Below, in pieces: positions 27,963-36,677 of a stretch of DNA of 64,000 bases. The notes under the pieces are model-generated. The model did not search any database. It had not been told where the DNA came from and was given only the letters and a program-made list of their open reading frames with translations. The DNA is from Camelus dromedarius (lineage: Eukaryota). How positions within the stretch are numbered: position 1 is the first letter of the stretch; the number at the start of each line of letters is the position of its first letter. The DNA lies in assembly GCF_036321535.1 (NCBI RefSeq), contig NC_087437.1, forward strand, positions 56,732,001 to 56,796,000. The letters are read 5' to 3'. Position numbers and translations under genes: made by a program.

Positions 27963-29685
27963 ACATAATACTGTTATTCATACCTGCATTCTCTGTCTTA
28001 ATCCTTATACAAGACTCTGAGGGAAAGTAATGGAACCCTCCCATATTTCATAGATAAAGAAATAGAAGCTTATAGAGATGAAGTAACTTCCCCAGAATTA
28101 CAGAGCAGGTAAGAGACAAGAACCCAAGAACTAAACTCAGATCTATATAAAATTAAACTTCACACTAATTATTTAGGGGATATGAGTGAGTTTTGCCCAA
28201 AATTGTCCCAGTGCTCTTTTGGTTTAGGGGTTAAATGATACATTAGCTCTCAATGACATTTATATAACGTCATCAAAGTTAAAAGATATTCCTCTAGAAT
28301 TTTGCTATTTCTACCCTTTTTATGCTTAGTTTCTGGAATCATGGTTGCTTTTTCCTTCCCATCTGTATCTTTTCAGGGTATTTTCATGGATATTTGGGAG
28401 AGGAGGGAGGGTTTCCAGATTCTGTTATTCTTCATAATCCGTTTGAGTCAGTTCTTTTGAAATTTGGTTAATATGCCTGGGTTAGAAGACACATGCACAT
28501 CTAAATTAATTTCCCAGATCTTTAGTCTCCTAGCTGAGAATCCAAGAAGGGGATTGTGCACAGTCATTTAATCCATACCTTGATGTCACTAGCTGGAAGG
28601 ATTTAGACTATTTGTAGCCAAAAAACAGACAGTTGTGTTAAATCAAAATTCTGATGACCTGAATTAACTGCACAATCAATCATCACGTCATTAAGAAGTG
28701 ACAATCAGACACTGCATGTCTCCCAATATGATGTAAAATAAAATAAATGGTACCACTTAAGAAGTTCTTTCAAAAACAAACAAACAAAACTCCTAATCCC
28801 AAATTTTACCATACCTTAGGGCCAATAATTAGTATATTAAGAATACTAGGGATGAGAAATAAATTAACCAACATCATAAAACAAACAGCAGAGCAAATTT
28901 AGAATGTCAGAAATACTAAAGGGCAAGTGATCTGTTATCTTTAGTAGATCATCAGTAGGAACAACTAAACAAAAGGGATGGGTGGCTGCTCTAGATGAAA
29001 AGAGATGCAAGCAACATAACCAACTGGAAAGTGTGGACCTTACTTGGTTCCTATCTGAAAAAAACCAATTGTAAAAACATATTTTGAGACAGCTGGAGAA
29101 ATTTGGTTATATAGGAAAATATCCAGATTATTTTTTAAGGATATGTATATATACACTGACTGATACAGAGGTGAAATAACATAAATAAAGTCTGGCTGTT
29201 GCTTCAAAATAATTAAGACAAAAAGAAAAAGATAGTAGATATGAAGCAAATGTTCTAATCCTTAAAGAATCACAACATGTTATAGTATCAAATTCCAAAT
29301 GGGTTTTTAACGTTTCTTTTACAAAGATTAAGATAGAAGGAGATTTAACCCAGAATTCACAGTTGATGAGATACAATCCACTTCCTCTGCCCCAGTATGA
29401 AGGGGGAGTATAGTTTTAAAATTGTGTCTATTTTAAAGTTTCCCTCCCTTTAGGAAACCTTGTGTATAGTCCCTGAGGTTAGATTTTCTATCCTAGTTGG
29501 GAAAATGTAAACTTAAGAGAGAAAAATAATAACCTGATCAATTCCATACATTTTTGTTTGTATAAACAGTATTTGGCAAGTACTGGGGGCATGTAACAGA
29601 TAATGTCCCTATAGTATAATAGTATAACTTTATAATGTATGCCAATAAGATGGTATTCAAATATTCAAATGTCATTCAATGAAAT

Positions 29686-30137
29686 TGTTACGGAAACGAC
29701 AGGCCAGTCAAGAAACAAGCACCACTCGGAGGGTTGGAGTACTCAAATATATTACGCCGGCGGGCTCAGAGGGGCTTCTGCTCCAAAGCTCTGAGCACCT
29801 TCAAGATGTGCACATGAGGTTTTATAGGGTAAAGTACAAGCTTGGGGTATTTGGCCAATAGGCATGGAACAGCTTTAGCAGCATTATCATCACAAAGGTG
29901 GAGGCGGGGAGGCAGCAAACCAACATTCCAAAGCCAGATATGTATCTTTGAAAACCCAGCTGGCTAGCAAAAAACATAAACAGCAAACCAACACTGATAA
30001 ACTTAGATTTACAAATTAGTCCAGCAGAACTCAGATCAGTATTCCAATACTTAGACTTGTTAGCCCAGCCCAGCCTCTCCTTCACATTCCTAGACCTGTG
30101 AGTTATCTTGTTAGACCAGCCCAGCTTTTCCTTCACA
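29686..30137 (-). repeat. 3' LTR (452 bp)
   Basis: Six substitutions versus the 5' LTR by manual comparison. TATA box CCTATAAAA on the minus strand near 29819-29827. Confidence 0.97.
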
Positions 30138-30149
30138 TTCCCCCCTCTT
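30138..30149 (-). other. Polypurine tract
   Basis: Minus strand reads AAGAGGGGGGAA immediately before the 3' LTR. Confidence 0.92.
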
Positions 30150-30187
30150 GATGCTTTCACAACTCTAGTTGGAGTAAGCATCATCAC

Positions 30188-30755
30188 TTATCTGTTGCAG
30201 GGGCTCATAATTGGAGGCTAACATCTGAAGTTTTATAGCCTCTATCCACTCACTGACAAAGCGGGTCAGGAAGTTTAGGACACAGGGCCCAAACAGCAGA
30301 ACTGCAAAAATCAGGAGTAAGGGACCTATGAACAGTGCCAGCCAGGAGGTCCAGCCCCAGGGGCCTGTCCATGGGTTCTTATCTAAAATGTTCTTTCTTT
30401 TTCACTTGGTCTTGTAACTCTTGAACCATCCCTCTAACAATTCCTGATTGATTGGCATAAAAACAGCACTCTTCATTTAGGAAGAGGCATAGTCCCCCCC
30501 TCTTTGGCCGTGATTAAGGTACAGACCCCTCCTGTTTTGTAAGACCACCTCAGCCAGAGAGTCAATCTGATTTTGCAGAGTTCCCAGGGTTTCTGCTATT
30601 TGTTGGAGATCATGGCTGAATTCACCTGTAAGCTGAAAATACAGGTTGGTACATGGACCATTTGTCACACGGTTCCATGCAGGTGCAATTGTACAACCAA
30701 GTAGAGTGAAGGCATTAGCGTCAGTAACATCAGCCTTATGATTATCTTAGACATG
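30188..30755 (-). pseudogene. env: env remnant: short N-terminal piece joined to a frameshifted TM subunit; SU largely deleted
   Basis: LQNQIDSLAEVVLQNRRGL (immunosuppressive domain), GLCLFLNEECCFYANQSG (CX6CC) and membrane anchor WLALFIGPLLLIFAVLLFGPCVLNFL. Confidence 0.9.
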
Positions 30756-30915
30756 ATGCTGCAGTGATGGCACTAATTATAACAAGATATAAAATAGCTA
30801 TCAGGATTCTATGGCCTATGTTCCAGTCAAGTGGGGCGGTGCTTGCTAGCCCCACTGCTAATACGCAGACTAGTATAGCAAAGGAGAGAGGCAAGGGAGC
30901 ACAAAAGAAATACAT
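30742..30915 (-). CDS. Putative 57-aa two-transmembrane accessory ORF between pol and env
   Basis: Manual translation MYFFCAPLPLSFAILVCVLAVGLASTAPLDWNIGHRILIAILYLVIISAITAASCLR*. Shorter than any ORF in the supplied track. Expression unknown. Confidence 0.4.
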   Translation of the reverse strand: MYFFCAPLPLSFAILVCVLAVGLASTAPLDWNIGHRILIAILYLVIISAITAASCLR

Positions 30916-30935
30916 TTAACAGCTGCATTGAGCTT

Positions 30936-31065
30936 TCCTCGAGCTTCGGCCGTGCATTGACTAGCCAGCTTCCAGGTGTGGCTAGAGCAGGGCTCGTCAA
31001 TCCTCAAGCTTTGGCCATGCGTTGACTAGCCAGCTTCCGGGTGTGGCTAGAGCAGGGCTTGTCGA
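30936..31065. repeat. Two-copy 65-bp tandem duplication at the pol 3' end
   Basis: TCCTC(G/A)AGCTT...GACTAGCCAGCTTCC(A/G)GGTGTGGCTAGAGCAGGGCT(C/T)GTC starts at 30936 and 31001. Confidence 0.9.
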
Positions 31066-31069
31066 TCTT

Positions 31070-31255
31070 TTTCTGGTCCCTCTTGATCTTGATCTTGAGC
31101 AGGTCTCCTGGGACACTCTCAGTTTTCCGGGGACCCTCTGTCTGAGGTGAAGTCGCTCTCTTAACCCTGGAGTGGTGGATCCAAGGGATGACTCCTGCAA
31201 CTTTAGCAGCTGTAGGGGTAGTTAATACCACTAAATATGGTCCCTTACAGTGAAT
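31070..31255 (-). pseudogene. pol: Integrase C-terminal (GPY/F) fragment
   Basis: [31 protein letters not shown] in ORF 31004..31270. Confidence 0.92.
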
Positions 31256-31259
31256 AATG

Positions 31260-31491
31260 GCATGTGTCACTAGATGGCCCCCTACTCGACAGAATTGTTG
31301 GCAGAAATGGCTGGCAGTTGAGCCCCAGTAGCCCCTATAATAGTCGCCTTTTTCTTGGTCAGGGGGGCTACAGGTTTGGTCACCACAGAATACTCTGTTC
31401 TTGTGTCTACCATAAAAGTCATTGGTTTGCCCCCTATAAACATCTTGACCTTGGGCTCCCAGGGGCCCAGGGGCAGGGAACCTGGTCTCTC
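31260..31491 (-). pseudogene. pro: Truncated retroviral protease with a mutated active site
   Basis: [36 protein letters not shown]...IIGATG. The DTG motif reads DTR. Confidence 0.9.
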
Positions 31492-32338
31492 CTGTTTTGA
31501 GTCGACCCCAGCCAGTCCGATGTGATTACTGGCTGGTGGCTCCAGCTGATAAGTAGGCCTTTTGGGGTGCTCTCTTTTCATCCTTCCTGTTTGGACACTC
31601 GTTCTTCCAGTGTCCTGTCTCCCAGCAGTATGCACACTGGTCTCAGCCCAGGGGCATCCATGGTTGGGGTCCCCTCTTCCGGGGTAGTGCAGGATTCTGG
31701 CTGAAGCTTGTTTTCCTCAGGGCTGCTCCAAGGAGTGCGGCTTTCTGCTTTATTCGCTGGTCTGCTTCTCGTTGGGCTTCCCGTTCTCGGTTTACAAAAA
31801 CTTTGTTTGCAACTTCCAGCAGCTGTGTAGCACTCATCCCTGCAAATCCATCCAGTTTTTTGAGTTTCCGGCATATATCTGGGTATGATTGGGCTATTAA
31901 GGCAGCGTTGACCATCCGCTGGTTTTCTTGGGCCTCAGGATCAAAAGGAGTGTAGACTCGGAATGCTTCACATAGTCTCTCATAGAAGTCAGTGGGGATT
32001 CTGTCTGGCCTCTGGGTCACTGTGGTCTTTTTAGACATGTTAGTTGGCTTCTTGGCTCCTGCTCTTAGCCCTTGTAGGATGGCCTCCTGGTACTCATGCA
32101 GCACTTCTCTTCCTTCTTGGGTGTTAAAGTCCCAATCTGTCTGGTGTCAGGGGCATGGGTTATGGCCCATCCCTCAACATCCATTGTGTCCCCAGGGGCT
32201 CAGCCCTGCAGCCATTTTCGTGCTTCAGGGAGAATGCGTCTCCTCTCCTCTGTATTGAAAAGAGTCAGAAGCAGCTGGCGGACACCTTCCCAGGTGGGCC
32301 GGTGAGAATGGAAGATAGACTCTACAAGGTCAATCATA

Positions 32339-32640
32339 GCCTGCGGCTTGACAGCCTGATTACTGTCGTCACCACCAAGTAGAAATCATCGTGGGCTGGA
32401 CAGAGACCAAATATTTGCATGACTTTGCAACAGAGCCCCAAGGCTGTCCCAGCATCGCTTCGGGACTGGGCAGGGGCCGGTGTTCCCCGACAGTTGCCAT
32501 GGAGGCGGCGGCCGAGGTGGAGGCGGCGGCCGAGGTGGAGGCGGCGGCCGAGGTGGAGGCGGCGGCCGAGGTGGAGGCGGCGGCCGAGGTGGAGGCGGCG
32601 CCTGGGCTGCAGGGGCTGCCGCTGCTGCTATTGCTGGGCG
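32339..32640 (-). pseudogene. ATXN7: Transduced, rearranged fragment of ataxin-7 mRNA inside gag
   Basis: Minus strand encodes PGAASTSAAA...MATVGEHRPLPSPEAMLGQPW, then in other frames [23 protein letters not shown] and DSNQAVKPQA. These match recalled ataxin-7 PGAASTSAAAMATVGERRPLPSPEVMLGQSW and [35 protein letters not shown]. Confidence 0.93.
32500..32600. repeat. Perfect 18-bp GC-rich minisatellite, ~5.6 copies
   Basis: GGAGGCGGCGGCCGAGGT repeated without mismatch. Confidence 0.97.
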
Positions 32641-34172
32641 GCTTTTCAGAGTAGGAAGGAGTATGATGGCGCCAATTGAGAAGGGCTGTGGTGCTAAAGG
32701 GTTGGTAGCAGAATACGGGGTTCCCGGGCTGAACAGTCCTGTTTTCCCCAACTTGTGGCCCTTGTGTCTCCCGCAGAGGCATTTGGAGGGCCGGTGGTGC
32801 TGGCTTCCCGGCTTGTGCTGAGTGGATTCTCCTTCCTACCTGCTCAGGCTGGGGGCTGGGCTCTGCCTCTGGGTCCTCAGACGGGAGGTGTTGGTGCCCC
32901 GGGGGCATACGGAGGAGGTAGGCATATCTGTCTTCTGCGTCTCCCTGGAAAATAGGCTTTTTTCTGTCTTTTTGGCCTGGACTGGCTGGGCTGCTAATAT
33001 TTTGCATTGCCCAGGTCCATTTGAGCAGAACCGAATCCATGGGGGTAGAGTCTGGGCGATATTCAGCCAGGAGTCAATGTAAGGGAATTGATCTGGGTGG
33101 CCTGGGGTTCCAGTGATTATTTGATAGACTGCTCGCAATGTTGCTAGGTCCAGAGTTCCTCCTGAGGGCCACCCAACTCCAAAGGCTGGCCATTTAAGCT
33201 CACACAAAGTGTGGAGCCTGCCAGGGGTCATTTGAATTCCATAGTCTCCTGGGAACCCCTTTTTGAAATTCTTAGTCATGTAGTCTAGAGAGGTGGGTTT
33301 CGACTTAGAGCCTCCCATTTTTTTTAGATGTTTGGGAAGGTAGCCTTTATATCTTTTCTTTCTTCACTCTTCAAAACACCGGAGTTCCCAGAGAGACTGC
33401 TCTCTTGCTGGGTCTATGAGTTGTTTGAAGGCTAATTTGGTCAGGGAGTCTGGGTTCCAGTTACAGCTGATGTCTCTGGATCTTAAGGCCTCAAGCAGTT
33501 CCAGGGACTTTCTTCATTAAATCCTCTCTATATCCTGAGCTAATGTATCAGGGGTGTGGTACTGACGGCAGATGGTAAAACAAATGGACTAGTAAAGGGA
33601 CCTCCAAGGCCGGGGGAGCCCGTTCCTGAAGGAATTCATCTTTTAAACTAGAGTCCTGGGGGTCTGGGGCTAGGCAAATGGGGCACTACTTGGGTCTGTT
33701 CTGTAGGGGAACACTAAGTCTCGGGTGTTCTATGACAGAATCAGGTAGGAGACTTTTTCAAAGAAATAGCATCCTAGCCTCCGAGGGCACAGGGGCGTTG
33801 ACTCATTGACTGTCTATGTCCTTTTCCCTCCCAGTGTAGCCACCCTGTGCCAGTGTCGCAGACAAGACAAGGGAGGGTTTTCGTTGCGTCCGCCTGGCCG
33901 CTCCCCTCGCAGGGACGAAGGTGCCTCTTAGCTTTGGCGGGTCAGTATAAGCCGCTGACTCCGATCGGGACCCTGAGGGCCCGATACCGCCCTGAGCCAT
34001 ATGAGGTCACCACAGAACCGCAGGTTGGGACTCACTCAAACTCCGTAGCAGAATGCCGTGGAGCTACAAACTCGAGCCTGATCGCATGCTTTACAGGCCG
34101 CTCATTCACTCACACACACACACACACACAGAGGTTAACAACATTCCTCCCAACAATTCCAATATCCTGTTT

Positions 34173-34321
34173 CCTGTAGGAGGGGATCCGCCTCCTCTTC
34201 TGTCCACTGGGACAGGACCTGATACCTGACCTGATTTCCCCGTCTGAAATACCATCAGACAGAGAGCCTGTAGGAGGGGATCAGCCTCCTCTTCTGTCCA
34301 ATGGGACAGGACCTGATACCT
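34173..34321. repeat. 55-bp direct repeat pair in the proviral leader
   Basis: CCTGTAGGAGGGGATC(C/A)GCCTCCTCTTCTGTCCA(C/A)TGGGACAGGACCTGATACCT at 34173-34227 and 34267-34321. Confidence 0.9.
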
Positions 34322-34542
34322 CCCGGGGGTTCCTACCTTGTCCGGACGGCCACCTGGTGAGTCTGTCCATCCCTCCATGGAGTCTGGATCTGGTTGTAGC
34401 CCAGCCACCCGGGGGCCGAGTTGCTGTCATGAAGGAGAACCCGAAATACCGTCGGGCGGCGCCACCTCGTTCGCTGCTGGAATCCCGTCCCCCGGTCGGC
34501 CGGAGCCACCAGTCCAGCGGCTCAAGGGGCCGGCGTGGTTGT

Positions 34543-34560
34543 ATCTCACTGGGGCCTCCA
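34543..34560 (-). promoter_or_regulatory. Primer binding site, tRNA-Thr type
   Basis: Minus strand TGGAGGCCCCAGTGAGAT, 4 nt from the 5' LTR. One mismatch from the recalled Thr PBS TGGAGGCCCCAGCGAGAT. Confidence 0.8.
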
Positions 34561-34564
34561 GAAA

Positions 34565-35016
34565 TGTTACGGAAACGACAGGCCAGTCAAGAAACAAGCA
34601 CCACTTGGAGGGTTGGAGTACTCAAATATATTACGCCGGCGGGCTCAGAGGGGCTTCTGCTCCAAAGCTCTGAGCACCTTCAAGATGTGCACATGAGGTT
34701 TTATAGGGTAAAGTACAAGCTTGGGGTATTCAGCCAATAGGCATGGAACAGCTTTAGCAGCATTATCATCACAAAGGTGGAGGCGGGGAGGCAGCAAACC
34801 AACATTCCAAAGCCAGATATGTATCTTTGAAAATCCAGCTGGCTAGCAAAAAACATAAACAGCAAACCAACACTGATAAACTTAGATTTACAAGTTAGTC
34901 CAGCAGAACTCAGATCAGTATTCCAATACTTAGACTTGTTAGCCCAGCCCAGCCTCTCCTTGACATTCCTAGACCTGTGAGTTATCTTGTTAGACCAGCC
35001 CAGCTTTTCCTTCACA
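34565..35016 (-). repeat. 5' LTR (452 bp)
   Basis: Near-identical to 29686-30137 and adjacent to the PBS. Confidence 0.97.
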
Positions 35017-36369
35017 AAATGACATTCAAATATTAGCTGAAATAAATGATCAGTGTGAGAGAAATGGAGTGAATAAAAATGAAAAGTGCTTTCTACCTTA
35101 AATGTATTTATTTTTTAGAGCATCTCTCCAATTTTAGGAAACATTAGATCTCTAAATTCTCTATGTCTTATATTCTATAATTATTTAATTCTAGTACCCT
35201 AAGAGGATTTCTGAAGGTTTTCACAAACAAATGAATAATATTTTTTGGAGAATCTGGTGAACAGTTGTATGGAGTGATGCACAGAAAATACACCCTCAAA
35301 TCTACTCCCTTTTGGCACTTGTAGCTAAAGATCTTAAAGACCTGTTGTCCTAACCTCATTTTGGAGATCAAATAATAACTGTAAAGGGCTAAATGATAAG
35401 CTTCAGGCCACAAGGATAAATAATTGGTAAGAATTAAGTGTTAATGCAGGTGTCCTAGAATGTAAGGTTTGCATGACATACAGATCTATAGGCACTTGAT
35501 AGACAACGATTTATAACAGAATAAAGTTTTCTGTTAAGAAGGAACATCCTAAAAAATCTAGCTGAGTTGATTATTTACATGTTCTTGGAAGATTAGTTTT
35601 ACTTGCATATGAGGTTCGTATAAGGAAGCTGGAAATAATAATTTAGAAAGACATGAAGTCTGGCCATATGGGGCAGATTTCAATTTTTTTCTTAACAAAC
35701 GTGTATAATCCCCAACATAGAAATAGCATGGACTCTCTGGAAAGGAAATGGAGATGGTGCTTATAGGAATGCACAATTGAAATTGGACTTGATAATTAAC
35801 CTCATGCAACAATGGAGAAGAGGAAGTTGAAATGTACAACTCCAGGATTTGGAGGTAATCACGACAGCAACGAAAGTCACAGCTTGCACCTAAATTTACG
35901 AAAGAGTAGCTTTCCTCTATTTACGTATCAAATATTCTTGTGCTAAACAACCTCTGATTTAAAAATATAAATATTTATGATATTTGATACTTCTCCTCTA
36001 CACTAAACTGTGAAGTTCTATTTAAAAAAATTTATTTCTTCAAAAGGATTCAAACACTGAATTTAACTACCACAGAAATTGAGTTTGCACTCTGTGACTA
36101 TCCAGAGCCCTCAAAATTTTGTGGTAGGCTGCACCTACTAATGAACTAAATTCATTAGTTCATTTGTTTATTCATGCATGCATGCATTCAGCTGAATACA
36201 GGTGTGGTTAGATGTTAGAGATTAAAAAATAACACATATTTCATTGTACTAATATACCTCTTCTGAATAATTGGTTTCAGGTAATAAGGTTGCTGTTGAT
36301 CTGTTCTGTTCTCAGTACTCCTGGGAATATAAAGTGTAAGCTATAAACATAATAGGACTTTTTTTTTTT

Positions 36370-36677
36370 TTTCTGCCTAGAATCTGTCTTTTTGTTTTTC
36401 TGATAACAGCAGTCTGATTTTGCCTTGGTGAAAGAACTGCTTCCTCACAGAGTTGAGTCTGGTGATAATATTAGTTGAAGTGCCCCATTATTACCCAATC
36501 AGGATATAGGCATGTGACCCAGGTGAGGTTTAATATTCTTTCTGGAATTTCTTTCCTGAGCAGAGTGCTTAAGAGTCTGAAAAGTTTGGAATTGCATTAC
36601 TGGTCTATGCTTTCTACAAAAACTGCTCATCAGTTCCTACTACCTAGACCTCTGGAGCTGCCCTGGTTTTGTGCTTT
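36370..36677 (+). mobile_element. Remainder of the old MLT1-type LTR
   Basis: TTCTGCCTAGAATC...CATGTGACCCAGG...GGAGCTGCCCTGGTT, ending abruptly at the solo LTR. Confidence 0.55.

Larger units (their letters stand above)
31492..33318 (-). pseudogene. gag: Frameshifted gammaretroviral gag (MA-p12-CA-NC) interrupted by a host insert
   Basis: MGGSKSKPT...NFKKGFPGDYG...WPAFGVGWP (myristoylated MA, HERV-E/ERV3-like); PPPY at 32907-32918; YQPFSTTALLNW; MHR VTQRPDRIPTDFYERLCEAFRVYT; zinc knuckle CAYCWETGHWKNEC. Confidence 0.95.
29686..35016 (-). mobile_element. Non-autonomous gammaretrovirus-like (ERV1) provirus, 5331 bp
   Basis: Paired 452-bp LTRs with TG...CA ends, 4-bp TSD AAAT (29682-29685, 35017-35020), PBS, PPT and gag-pro-(IN)-env remnants in order on the minus strand. 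Confidence 0.97.

Noticed and set aside
29679..30187. ORFs in the LTRs (also 34357..34740 and 34701..35015)
   Set aside because: Duplicated only because the LTRs are duplicated; no protein motifs.
32500..32600. CRISPR-like array or native proline-rich gag p12
   Set aside because: No spacers and a eukaryotic context. The repeat lies inside the host-derived insert in CA, not in p12.
32339..32640. The genuine ATXN7 gene locus
   Set aside because: Only a mutated, deleted, intronless fragment inside a provirus. No other ATXN7 exons are recognisable in the window.
32343..32644. Insert as an L1-mediated processed pseudogene with a 7-bp TSD
   Set aside because: No poly(A), GC-rich non-L1 target, internal 5' coding fragment, and the repeat is explained by ATXN7/gag microhomology. 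Not fully excluded without alignment.
32386..32821. ORFs with (AAAEVE)n, (RRRPRW)n, (GGGGRG)n and (PPPPRP)n repeats
   Set aside because: They are alternative frames of the stop-free 18-bp repeat. Only the STSAAA frame matches a known protein.
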